In this document: piece by piece, positions 1 through 12,250 of the stretch
Layout: each line of letters opens with the position of its first letter
Numbering within the stretch: position 1 is the stretch's first letter
NCBI RefSeq assembly: GCF_910578695.1
Contig: NZ_CAJTQJ010000007.1
Span: 14,597 to 78,596, forward strand
Direction of reading: 5' to 3'
From: an uncultured Brachyspira sp.
GTDB taxonomy: Bacteria > Spirochaetota > Brachyspiria > Brachyspirales > Brachyspiraceae
Length of the DNA stretch: 64,000 bases
Program-made: the position numbers and the translations under genes
Notes under the pieces: generated by a model
Database searches by the model: none
Told to the model about the DNA's origin: nothing
What the model saw: only the letters and a program-made list of their open reading frames with translations

Positions 1-956
1 CAAGACTTTTAGGCAATGTTGGAAATACTTTTTCTAAAGAAGTTGAAACTATAGAATATGATGAGGATATTATATTAGAGCTTTCAAGTTTTCAATTAGA
101 AACTCTTGAAAAATTTCACAGCCATATAGCTGCAGTATTAAATATAGCTGAAGATCATCTTGACAGATATAAGGATATAGAAGATTATTTTAATGCAAAA
201 AAAAATATAAGCATAAATCAAAATAAAAACGATTTTCTTATACTCAATTATGATAATGTATATACAAATCTTTGGTATAATGAACTTAATAATAACAGCA
301 AGATGAAGCTTCTTACATTTTCCATAAAAAGCAAATTTACTGATATTTACTATAATGAAGAAGATGATTATATATATTATGAGAATGAAAAATTATTTTC
401 TATAAAGAATAGAAAAGTATTGGGCAGGCATAATATATCAAATATATTAGCTTCAGTTTTGATATGTTTAAAAAATGAAATACCAGTAGAGTATATAGAA
501 AATGCTGTAAATAATTTTAAAGGTATAGAACATAGGGTAGAATTTGTCTCTGAAATAAACGGAGTAAAATATATTAATGACTCAAAAGCAACATCTATGA
601 ATGCTGTAATGAGTGCTTTAAAATCTTTTGATAAAAATATTATATTGATAATGGGCGGCAGAAATAAGAATATAGATTTTACATCTTTAAATAATATTAT
701 AGAAGCTAGGGTAAAGAAACTTATACTTATTGGAGAGGCTGCTGAGTCCCTTGATGAGATGCTGCATTTTGAAAATAAAATTATAATAAAAGATTTTACA
801 GATGCTTTTAATTATGCTTCTGCTATATCTATAAATGGAGATACGGTTTTATTGTCTCCGGGATGTGCTAGTTTTGATATGTTTAAAAATTATGAAGAAC
901 GCGGAAAATGTTTTAAAAGTTTAGTTCATAAACTTGAAAATAATATTGCAAATTAA
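1..956 (+). CDS. murD: UDP-N-acetylmuramoylalanine--D-glutamate ligase (MurD), 5'-truncated by the window edge
   Basis: Frame 3 is open from nt 3 into the listed ORF 303..956. The upstream in-frame translation reads LELSSFQLETLEKFHSHIAAVLNIAEDHLDRY. Downstream are GIEHRVEFV, INDSKATS, MGGRNK and LLSPGCASFDMFKNYEERG, which are typical MurD central and C-terminal motifs. Confidence 0.85.
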   Translation, partial: RLLGNVGNTFSKEVETIEYDEDIILELSSFQLETLEKFHSHIAAVLNIAEDHLDRYKDIEDYFNAKKNISINQNKNDFLILNYDNVYTNLWYNELNNNSKMKLLTFSIKSKFTDIYYNEEDDYIYYENEKLFSIKNRKVLGRHNISNILASVLICLKNEIPVEYIENAVNNFKGIEHRVEFVSEINGVKYINDSKATSMNAVMSALKSFDKNIILIMGGRNKNIDFTSLNNIIEARVKKLILIGEAAESLDEMLHFENKIIIKDFTDAFNYASAISINGDTVLLSPGCASFDMFKNYEERGKCFKSLVHKLENNIAN

Positions 957-1037
957 TATAATTATTTTATTTTTATATTTGAATATTTTTTTAAATTATT
1001 ATAAAATTAATGCCATAAAAAAATTAAGAAAAATAAA

Positions 1038-2921
<1,884 letters not shown>

Positions 2922-2957
2922 TTAAATACCACTTTAATAGTTAATGGAGGATAATAA

Positions 2958-4547
2958 ATGAGAATTTTTAAAAATGCTAAAATTTATTCTATGGATAAAG
3001 ATGATAATATTTATGAAGCTTTAGCTGTTGAAAACGGAAGAATAGCTTTTGCAGGAAGTAATGAAGAAGTATTAAAACAATATTCTGATTGTAAAGATAT
3101 AGAAGATATAATAGATTTAGAAGGCAGAACGGTTGTACCCGGATTTAATGACAGCTGCGTTCGTTTTGTTGAATATGCACGCTTTAATACTATGCTTAAT
3201 TTAAGCAAATGCAAATCCATAAAAGAAATAATAGATTTAGCAAAAGATTCCAAAAAGCATGGAGGCTGGGTTATAGGCTGGGGCTGGAATCAAGATTATT
3301 TTGAAGAGAAAAGAATGCTTACAAAAAATGATTTAGACAGCATTTCAAATGAATATCCTATTGCTTTTAGAAGATGCTGCGGAGAGATGATAGCTGCAAA
3401 CAGCAAGGCACTTGAAATATGCGGTATTGATGAAAAAATGAAATCTGACAGTATAGATTTTGAAAATGGTCTTATCAGTTCTAAAGATATGATATTAATA
3501 TTATCAAAATTAAAATCACTTGAAATAGATACTTTAAAATCAATAATATTAGATACTCAGGAAGCTTTTTTCAAAATGGGTATTACTTCCGTTCAGACAG
3601 ATGATTTAAGAAGTCTTCCTGATTTTGATTATAGAAAAATTATAGATGCTTATCAGAAACTAAATAGAGAGAAAAAATTAAAGATAAGAGTATGCGAACA
3701 GGCTCAGTTTATTGATAAAAAAGATATAGATGATTTCAGACAGTATTATTATTATCAGTATATTAATGATGAAAGATTTAAAGTTTCACGCATAAAACTT
3801 ATTATAGACGGTGCTATAGGTTCAAGAACAGCTCTTCTAAAAGATGATTATAATGATGCTAAGGGATTTAGAGGCATTTCTCAGTATAAGCAGGAAGACC
3901 TTGATGAATTAGTTGCCTATGCTAATAGTTTGGATTATTCTTTGGCTATACAGGCTACAGGAGACGGAGCTATAGATATGGCATTAAATGCAATAGAAAA
4001 AATAAAGGATACTAAAGATTTCAAATATAGAAGAAATGGCTTGATGTATTGCCAGATAACAGATAAAAAATTATTTGAAAAAATGAAAGAACTTAATGTT
4101 GGTATTTATTATCAGCCTATATTTCTTCATTATGATATGCATATAGTTGAAGATAGAGTTGGAGAGCAAAAGGCTTCTACTAGTTATGCTTATAAAACAG
4201 CCAAAGATATAGGAATAAATATAGGATTTGGTTCATCAGGACCTATTGACGGTATTAGTGTTATGGAAGGAATACATTGTGCTGTAAATAGAGAAGATTT
4301 AAATGGCTGGCCCAAATCAGGCTGGATGCCTCAGGAAAAACTTACAGTTAAAGAGGCAGTTTATTTATATACTATGGGAAGTGCTTATATGTCGTCTGAA
4401 GATGATATTAAAGGAAGTATTGAAGAGGATAAATTGGCTGACTTTGTAGTTTTAGATAAAGATATATTTGAGACAGATACTAATGAAATAAAAAATATTA
4501 AAGTACTAAAAACTATTATTGACGGAGACATAGTTTATAGTGCTTAA
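2958..4547 (+). CDS. Amidohydrolase-fold protein (YtcJ-like / Amidohydro_3 architecture) with non-canonical residues at the metal-ligand positions
   Basis: An N-terminal beta-sandwich lead (IYEALAVENGRIAFAGS, EGRTVVPGFNDS) is followed by a TIM-barrel-like body (IKLIIDGAIGSRTALL, LAIQATGDGAIDMAL). The C-terminal motif DKLADFVVLDKDIF...IDGDIVY is typical of this family. A GGAGG-like RBS (aatggagga) lies upstream. Confidence 0.7.
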   Translation: MRIFKNAKIYSMDKDDNIYEALAVENGRIAFAGSNEEVLKQYSDCKDIEDIIDLEGRTVVPGFNDSCVRFVEYARFNTMLNLSKCKSIKEIIDLAKDSKKHGGWVIGWGWNQDYFEEKRMLTKNDLDSISNEYPIAFRRCCGEMIAANSKALEICGIDEKMKSDSIDFENGLISSKDMILILSKLKSLEIDTLKSIILDTQEAFFKMGITSVQTDDLRSLPDFDYRKIIDAYQKLNREKKLKIRVCEQAQFIDKKDIDDFRQYYYYQYINDERFKVSRIKLIIDGAIGSRTALLKDDYNDAKGFRGISQYKQEDLDELVAYANSLDYSLAIQATGDGAIDMALNAIEKIKDTKDFKYRRNGLMYCQITDKKLFEKMKELNVGIYYQPIFLHYDMHIVEDRVGEQKASTSYAYKTAKDIGINIGFGSSGPIDGISVMEGIHCAVNREDLNGWPKSGWMPQEKLTVKEAVYLYTMGSAYMSSEDDIKGSIEEDKLADFVVLDKDIFETDTNEIKNIKVLKTIIDGDIVYSA

Positions 4548-4607
4548 TTAATTACTATTATAATTTAATTAATTACTATTATAACTTAATTAATTACTGT
4601 TATATAT
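4545..4607. repeat. 21-bp tandem repeat x3 (ttaattaattactattataay), starting at the stop codon of the amidohydrolase-like gene
   Basis: The string ttaattaattact recurs at 4545, 4566 and 4587, a period of 21 nt. Confidence 0.85.
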
Positions 4608-4610
4608 AAA

Positions 4611-4644
4611 AGGATTTGGTAATTATTTACCTAGTCCTTTTTTA
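4611..4644. terminator. Probable bidirectional rho-independent terminator between convergent genes
   Basis: Arm aggatttggtaa (4611..4622) pairs with ttacctagtcct (4627..4638). The stem is 12 bp with one mismatch and one G-U pair, and the loop is ttat. A T-run (tttttt) follows and an A-run precedes it. Confidence 0.6.
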
Positions 4645-4701
4645 TTATTATATTTTTTATATTTTTTTACACATACTTTTTTATATGAATTTTAAATATT
4701 T

Positions 4702-5607
4702 TTATTGTAATAGTAAAAATATATAATATGATATTGGGGCAGTTAATATTACGCTGTCGAATATATCAAATACTCCTCCATGACCTGGAAATAATTTGCT
4801 CGAATCTTTTGTATCATACATTCTTTTTATTAAACTTTCTCCCATATCTCCTAGAAATCCTGTTAATGTGAATATTGATGTTAATAGTATTATTTGCTGA
4901 ATAGAAAAATTAGGTATATTTTTTCCCAATATAAAAGTTAAATATCCTTTAGAGTATAGAAAATAGTATAAAATTCCTATTGGTATAGTAAATAAAAACA
5001 TACCGACTAAGCCCTCATAGCTTTTATTTGGAGATGCACTATTAGAAAGTTTATGCTTTCCTAATTTTCTTCCTACAACATAGCCGCCTGTATCGCTTAG
5101 CCAAGAGCATAATAAAATAAATACTATATAATATTTACCGCTAGGCATAAAACGCATAAGAGATATATGCCATACTCCTAAACCTACATATATAAAGCAA
5201 AATACTGCTGTTAATATAGCTCTTCCTTTTTCTTCAAAAGTAGAAACATTAACTTTAAACATATTTATGATAAATAAAACTGCTATTAAAGCAAAAACCA
5301 TTACTAATGATAAATCCATAGACGGGTTTTTAGTTTCTACTATTTTGTAGAGATTAGAAAAGTCTCCTTTTAATATACTTACTCCGCACATAGTTATAGC
5401 ATAGCCTAATACCATAGCTATCATAGTAGTTATTACAGTTCTTAAATTTTTTTGTCTATGTACTTTTGCCATATAGAATATTTCTGATGCACTGAATATA
5501 GATATAGATAATATAAGCATATGAAATAGATATATAACTTTATCATAAAATATAATTATGCTGAATAACGGCAATGTAAGTGCTACAGATATTAATCTAT
5601 TTTTCAT
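4702..5607 (-). CDS. cdsA: Phosphatidate cytidylyltransferase (CDP-diglyceride synthase)
   Basis: This is a polytopic membrane protein with the C-terminal CdsA signature SDTGGYVVGRKLGKHKL...SPNKSYEG...GDMGESLIKRMYDTKDSSKLFPGHGGVFDIFDS. It sits in the conserved frr-uppS-cdsA order. Confidence 0.9.
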   Translation of the reverse strand: MKNRLISVALTLPLFSIIIFYDKVIYLFHMLILSISIFSASEIFYMAKVHRQKNLRTVITTMIAMVLGYAITMCGVSILKGDFSNLYKIVETKNPSMDLSLVMVFALIAVLFIINMFKVNVSTFEEKGRAILTAVFCFIYVGLGVWHISLMRFMPSGKYYIVFILLCSWLSDTGGYVVGRKLGKHKLSNSASPNKSYEGLVGMFLFTIPIGILYYFLYSKGYLTFILGKNIPNFSIQQIILLTSIFTLTGFLGDMGESLIKRMYDTKDSSKLFPGHGGVFDIFDSVILTAPISYYIFLLLQ

Positions 5608-5612
5608 AATTA

Positions 5613-6335
5613 CTATAGTCCTCCATATCTTCTATTTCTATTTGAATATTCTTCTACAGCTTTTTTAAAATCTTCTTTAGAAAAGTCAGGCCATAATATA
5701 TCAGTAAAATATAATTCACTGTATGATGCCTGATACATCAAGAAATTACTTAGTCTTGATTCTCCGGAAGTTCTTATTATCAAATCAGGATCTGGGATAT
5801 TTTTTGTATATAAATAATTTCTTATAAAATTTTCATCAATACTTTCTATATCTATTTTATTGTTTTTTGCTTCATAGCATATATTTTTTAATGCATTTTT
5901 TAATTCATCTCTAAAACCATAATTTAAAGCTAGTATTACAGTAAGTATAGGATTCTTACATTTTTCAGAAGTTTCTTTTTCAGTTTCTTTTATAACAGCT
6001 ATAGTATCTTTTGGAAATGCATTTATATCGCCTATATGTTTTACTAAAATATTATTTGAAATTAGTCTTTTTATCTCTTTTTTATAGAATTCTTTTAATA
6101 ATTTAAATAATGCTTTTTTCTCCTCTTCAGGTCTTTTCCAATTTTCTGTAGAGAATGCATATAATGTCAAATATTTTATATTAAGTTCAGAACAGGCTTC
6201 TACTATATTAATTACATTTTCACTTCCAGCCCTATGTCCGATACTTCTGATTTTATTATGAGATTTAGCCCATCTTCCATTACCGTCCATAATTATGGCT
6301 ACATGCGAAAGTATTTTAGACTCATCTGTAATCAT
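5613..6335 (-). CDS. uppS: Isoprenyl transferase / undecaprenyl diphosphate synthase
   Basis: Motifs HVAIIMDGNGRWA, YAFSTENWKRP, IRTSGESRLSNFLMYQASYSELYF and RRYGG match cis-prenyltransferases. Confidence 0.93.
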   Translation of the reverse strand: MITDESKILSHVAIIMDGNGRWAKSHNKIRSIGHRAGSENVINIVEACSELNIKYLTLYAFSTENWKRPEEEKKALFKLLKEFYKKEIKRLISNNILVKHIGDINAFPKDTIAVIKETEKETSEKCKNPILTVILALNYGFRDELKNALKNICYEAKNNKIDIESIDENFIRNYLYTKNIPDPDLIIRTSGESRLSNFLMYQASYSELYFTDILWPDFSKEDFKKAVEEYSNRNRRYGGL

Positions 6336-6880
6336 ATAGTGTCTAATTCTTTTTCTTTTGAATTAATTAAATCATCAATCTTTTTTATATATGAATCAGT
6401 GTCATTTTGTATTTTCTTTTCCTGTGATTTTGATTCATCTTCTGTAATTGTTTTATCTTTTAATTCTTTTTTTATTTTATCGTTTTCATCTCTTCTTATA
6501 TTTCTTACAGCGATTTTAGCTTCTTCTCCTCTATGTCTTACTCCTTTTTTTAATTCCTCTCTTCTTTCTTTTGTAAGTTCAGGAACTACTATTCTAATAT
6601 TTCCTCCGTCATTGAAAGGGTTGAAACCTAAATCAGCTTTTAATATAGCTTTTTCTATGTCTCCGATTAGTCCTTTATCAAACGGCTGTATCATAATAGT
6701 TTTAGAATCAGGAGTTGAAACATTACCAACTTGTTTTAACGGCATACTGCTTCCATAAGCTTCCACTTTTACTCCGTCTAATATAGAAGCATTTGCTCTT
6801 CCTGTTCTTATACCTTTTAAATCATTTTGCAAACTTGAAATTGCTTTTTCCATCCTATCTTTATATGATTCCTTTGACAT
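6332..6880 (-). CDS. frr: Ribosome recycling factor
   Basis: The protein is 182 aa and contains LKGIRTGRANASILDGVKVEAYGS, PLKQVGNVSTPDSKTIMIQPFD, IRIVVPELTKERREEL and AKIAVRNIRRD. Its stop overlaps the uppS start by 4 nt. Confidence 0.95.
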   Translation of the reverse strand: MSKESYKDRMEKAISSLQNDLKGIRTGRANASILDGVKVEAYGSSMPLKQVGNVSTPDSKTIMIQPFDKGLIGDIEKAILKADLGFNPFNDGGNIRIVVPELTKERREELKKGVRHRGEEAKIAVRNIRRDENDKIKKELKDKTITEDESKSQEKKIQNDTDSYIKKIDDLINSKEKELDTI

Positions 6881-7182
6881 AGATAAAAACCTCTTTAAAA
6901 ATATTTTACTGCAGTTAAGTATAATTTAATATATTACTATTGTCAAGTTAATTATTTTTTCTTTAATGTTTAATTAAAAATGAGCTTTTATATATTTTTT
7001 AATTTAAATTATTTTTTTTAATTTCTTTTTTTACTTCTCTATTTTTAAATTCATTTTTTATATAATTTTAAATTCACTTTTTATATAAAAGAATACAAAC
7101 ATTAAAGAAATAGGATTATATATATAGCAAAAAATATTCATAAATATATTGAATTATTTATTTTATATTATACAATTATACT

Positions 7183-8154
7183 ATGTACTTATTGGAATTT
7201 GATGAAATAGCAAAAGAAGTTATTTGGGGCGGAAATTTTCTATCTGCAGTATATTCAAAACCATTCGATAAAAATAAAATTATAGGTGAAAGCTTGGAAA
7301 TTTGCGATTTACCCAATGACAATAATATAGTTTCTAATGGCAAATTAAAAGGACAAACTTTATCATATTTGGTGAATGAATATAGAGAAAAACTTTTAGG
7401 TACAAAATTCAAAGAAAATTATTTTCCATTGCTTGTAAAACTTATAGATTCAAAGGATAAATTATCAATACAAGTTCACCCAGATGAAGAATATGCAAAT
7501 AAAAGACATAATAAACATGGCAAAAATGAAATGTGGTATGTTATGGAAACTTACGGAGAGGCAAAACTTTTAATTGGATTAAAAGAAAATGTTTCAAGCG
7601 AAGATTTAAAAAAAGCTGTTAATAATAATCAGAATATAGAGAATATGTTTAATTATTTTGATGTAAAAAAGGGAGATGCTTTTTATATACCAAGCGGATG
7701 CATACATGCTATACTTGGAAATATTGTTATAGCTGAAATACAAACTCCTAGCGATATTACATACAGACTTTATGATTGGAATAGGACTGATAAAAATGGT
7801 AATTATAGAGAGCTTCATATAGAAGATGCATTTAATGCTGTAAAAGATATTAATTCTTATGGTTTAAAATCAAAAAAAGAAAACAAAATAAAAAATGATA
7901 ATTTAGAAATAAATACAATATTTAAAAATGAATATTTTACTGCAGAAGAGTATATTATAAATAATAATTTTTCTTCAAGCACTATAGAAGAGAGCTTTGA
8001 GATAATCATTATACTAGAAGGGAAAGGAATTATAGAATCTGATTATAATAGAATTGTACTTAATATTGGAAAAACGGTTTTAATACCTGCAGATTTAGGT
8101 GTTTATAATATAGAAAGCGATAATGGAATTAAATTATTGAGGGTAACTTTATAA
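7183..8154 (+). CDS. manA: Class I mannose-6-phosphate isomerase
   Basis: Motifs VIWGG, FPLLVKLIDSKDKLSIQVHPDEEYA, GKNEMWYV, GDAFYIPSGCIHAI and YDWNR match the cupin-type PMI signature. Confidence 0.8.
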   Translation: MYLLEFDEIAKEVIWGGNFLSAVYSKPFDKNKIIGESLEICDLPNDNNIVSNGKLKGQTLSYLVNEYREKLLGTKFKENYFPLLVKLIDSKDKLSIQVHPDEEYANKRHNKHGKNEMWYVMETYGEAKLLIGLKENVSSEDLKKAVNNNQNIENMFNYFDVKKGDAFYIPSGCIHAILGNIVIAEIQTPSDITYRLYDWNRTDKNGNYRELHIEDAFNAVKDINSYGLKSKKENKIKNDNLEINTIFKNEYFTAEEYIINNNFSSSTIEESFEIIIILEGKGIIESDYNRIVLNIGKTVLIPADLGVYNIESDNGIKLLRVTL

Positions 8155-8155
8155 T

Positions 8156-8935
8156 ATGAGTGATATTATAGAATTAAAAGATGTATATAAAAGCTTTGGT
8201 ACTCAGAAAGTACTTAATGGCGTCAATCTTAAAGTTAATAAGGGAGAAACATTATCTGTTATAGGGAATTCGGGCTGCGGAAAAAGCGTGCTTATAAAAC
8301 ATTTGATAGGCTTGCTTCAGCCTGACAGCGGCACGATAGTTATAGACGGACAGGATATTAATCAAATTTCTGATAATGAGCTTACAGAGGTGAGAAAAAA
8401 GTTTGCTATGGTGTTTCAGGGAGCTGCTTTATTTGATTCATTAAATGTTTATGAGAATGTAAGTTTCGGACTTAGAAGAATTAAAAAGAATATGCCTGAA
8501 GAAAAGATAAAGGCAAAAGTAGCTGAAGTTCTTGAAATGGTAGGTATGCCTAATATAGAACATAAAATGCCTTCTGAACTTTCAGGCGGTATGAAAAAAC
8601 GCGTAGGCTTGGCAAGGGCTATAGCTATGGATCCTGAAATACTTCTTTATGATGAACCTACTACAGGTTTGGATCCTGTTATGTCAAGGGTTATAGATGA
8701 TTTGATAGTAAAGATGCAGGAGATACTTAATGTTACAAGTATTGTTATTACTCATGATATGACTAGTGTATTTAGAATGTCTGACAGAGTTGTTATGCTG
8801 CATAAGGGGCAAATTATAGAGGGGGGAGATCCTGATCATTTGCATGAAACTGATAATCCTCATTTAAAATTTTTCTTTATGAGCAGTATAGCCAAAAAAG
8901 GCGAAGATATAGAAACTATCAGACCGAAAGACTAA
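8156..8935 (+). CDS. ABC transporter ATP-binding protein, MlaF-like
   Basis: Walker A GNSGCGKS, signature LSGGMKKR and Walker B LLYDEPTTGLD are present. It lies immediately upstream of an MCE/MlaD-domain gene. Confidence 0.8.
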   Translation: MSDIIELKDVYKSFGTQKVLNGVNLKVNKGETLSVIGNSGCGKSVLIKHLIGLLQPDSGTIVIDGQDINQISDNELTEVRKKFAMVFQGAALFDSLNVYENVSFGLRRIKKNMPEEKIKAKVAEVLEMVGMPNIEHKMPSELSGGMKKRVGLARAIAMDPEILLYDEPTTGLDPVMSRVIDDLIVKMQEILNVTSIVITHDMTSVFRMSDRVVMLHKGQIIEGGDPDHLHETDNPHLKFFFMSSIAKKGEDIETIRPKD

Positions 8936-8967
8936 ATTATATATTATTTTATAATAAGGAAACAGTT

Positions 8968-9747
8968 ATGAAAAATAAAGTTAAATTAGGTGTATTTTTT
9001 ATTATTACTTTTATAATATTTATAGGTGCTATAATATTACTAGGCAAAATAAAATTAAAAGGCGACGGGTACAGACTGTATGTAGATTATGCATTCATTG
9101 GTGATTTGCAGGAAAATGGTAAGGTTTCATACAGAGGAGGCGGAATTCAGATAGGTTTTATTGAAAAAATAAGTATCAATCCGGACGGAACTATACGGGT
9201 AACTTTATTTATTACTGATAAAAATGTTATACTTCCTGAAGGTACAAAATTTTCTATACAAACTGTAGGTTTAGGACTTGGAGAAAAATATATAATGGTA
9301 TCTCCTCCTGTATCCACTACTACAGGTATGACTAGTATTCCTGCAGGCACAGTAGTAAAAGGTGTTGAGCCTTTCAGTATAGAAACTACTTTAGGGTCTA
9401 TAGGCGATTTAGGTAAAGATTTTAATTTTGATGAAATATCAAGAGTGTTAAATAATCTTTCCCAAACTATTGATATGATAACTGAGATTATAGGAACTAA
9501 TGAAGGCAATATTAGAAGTTCTATTTCTAATGTAAGCGAAACATTATCTTATGTAAATAAAATTGCAAGAGATTTGTCTTATGTTGTTAATGATGTAGAA
9601 AAAGGAAATGGTACTATAGGTGCTATAATAAAAGACCCTCAGGTTCATACTAATTTTAATGAAATAGTTAATAATTTAAAAGTATTTAGTCAAAAATTGA
9701 AAGATAATCCTTCAGTTTTGCTTTTTAGGGAAACTGAAAATAAATAA
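8968..9747 (+). CDS. MCE/MlaD-family substrate-binding protein with an N-terminal membrane anchor
   Basis: An N-terminal TM (LGVFFIITFIIFIGAIILLG) is followed by an MCE-like core (Y..Y.DYAFIGDLQENGKVSYRGGGIQIGFIEKISINPDG.IRVTLFI). It is adjacent to the MlaF-like ATPase gene. Confidence 0.7.
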   Translation: MKNKVKLGVFFIITFIIFIGAIILLGKIKLKGDGYRLYVDYAFIGDLQENGKVSYRGGGIQIGFIEKISINPDGTIRVTLFITDKNVILPEGTKFSIQTVGLGLGEKYIMVSPPVSTTTGMTSIPAGTVVKGVEPFSIETTLGSIGDLGKDFNFDEISRVLNNLSQTIDMITEIIGTNEGNIRSSISNVSETLSYVNKIARDLSYVVNDVEKGNGTIGAIIKDPQVHTNFNEIVNNLKVFSQKLKDNPSVLLFRETENK

Positions 9748-9775
9748 TAATACTTTACATTTTATGGAGGAAAAT

Positions 9776-10681
9776 ATGATAGATGATATTATAACTCTCT
9801 TCACAAAAAGTTTTTCTAATAAAAATAAGAAATCAAAATTATCTGATAATGAAATAGAATATAATAATATATTAAAAGAGATAAAAGAATTTCCAAAATC
9901 TAAATTAAATAAATGTTTGAAAGATGCAGAGCGTATAGCTGTCAAAGCGGGTAAATATTCTTTAAAATATTTTTCCTGTCCTAAAAAAGTTTCTAAGAAA
10001 GGGAAAACTGATTTATTTACTGAAATAGATTTAAAAAATGAAAGAATTATTAGAGAATATTTATTAAAACGATATCCTAAATTCGGATTTTATGGTGAAG
10101 AATCTAATAAAAATGACAGTAAAAAATTTACTTGGATAGTTGACCCTATTGACGGAACAACTAATTTTATACACGGATATCCGTTTTACTGTATATCTAT
10201 AGGGCTTGCTTATAAGGGTATTCCTATATTAGGGGTAGTATATGCTCCTTTAACTAATACTGTTTATAAGGCACATATAAAATCTAAAGCATATAAGAAC
10301 AATAATGTTATTAGGGTAAGTTCTGCTAATAGATTAATAGAATCTCTTATAATAACAGGTTTTTATTATGATGTCAGTACTGATGAGGATTTTCTTCATG
10401 ACAGAATGGTAGATTTTGCCAATATGGTGAGATATTCTTTAGCTTTGAGAAGAGACGGATCTGCGGCACTTGATATATGTATGGTAGCAGAAGGTGCAGC
10501 TGACGGATTTTTTGAATACGGACTTTCTCCTTGGGATATATGTGCAGGAACAATTATATTAAAGCAGGCAGGCGGTATGGTAAGCAACATAAATATGAAA
10601 GAATATGATATTTTTTCAAAGAAACAGTATATAGCAAGTAATAAAAAAATTCATAAAGAGATGATTAAAGTACTTGAATAA
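9776..10681 (+). CDS. Inositol monophosphatase family protein (SuhB-like)
   Basis: Motifs GEES, WIVDPIDGTTNFIHG and WDICAG match the IMPase family. I prefer the ATG at 9776 over the ORF-track start at 9764, because the GGAGG inside atggaggaaaatATG lies 7 nt upstream of 9776. Confidence 0.8.
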   Translation: MIDDIITLFTKSFSNKNKKSKLSDNEIEYNNILKEIKEFPKSKLNKCLKDAERIAVKAGKYSLKYFSCPKKVSKKGKTDLFTEIDLKNERIIREYLLKRYPKFGFYGEESNKNDSKKFTWIVDPIDGTTNFIHGYPFYCISIGLAYKGIPILGVVYAPLTNTVYKAHIKSKAYKNNNVIRVSSANRLIESLIITGFYYDVSTDEDFLHDRMVDFANMVRYSLALRRDGSAALDICMVAEGAADGFFEYGLSPWDICAGTIILKQAGGMVSNINMKEYDIFSKKQYIASNKKIHKEMIKVLE

Positions 10682-10736
10682 GTTTGCAATAGATAATAAA
10701 ATAAAAGCAGTATAAAAATTATGATTTTTTATATAA

Positions 10737-12158
<1,422 letters not shown>

Positions 12159-12250
12159 AATAGTTAAATAGTTAATTATTATTTATGCTAAATAAACGGC
12201 GGTATTTACCGACAATTGAAACAGTATGTAATTTTTCATAGGTGAATGGT

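Noticed and set aside
6234-6758. A 174-aa ORF on the plus strand overlapping uppS and frr.
   Set aside because: It is antisense to two strongly supported conserved genes. The product is a low-complexity S/F/I-rich shadow-frame artefact typical of AT-rich DNA.
9147-9509. A 120-aa minus-strand ORF inside the MlaD-like gene. Other short antisense or alternate-frame ORFs of the same kind start at 1826, 3011, 7176, 7606, 9712, 10396, 13375, 13594, 14141, 14506, 14890, 15302, 17998, 21193, 21813, 24747, 29560, 31223, 32826, 34700, 35093, 39430, 40010 and 50851.
   Set aside because: Each lies wholly or largely within a longer ORF that has clear family signatures. None has an RBS or recognisable motifs. 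Such ORFs are expected by chance in low-GC DNA, where antisense stop codons are depleted.
12159-12241. A possible terminator hairpin (cggcggtatttaccgac) after atpD.
   Set aside because: Only about 4 consecutive base pairs can form and there is no T-run, which is too weak to call.
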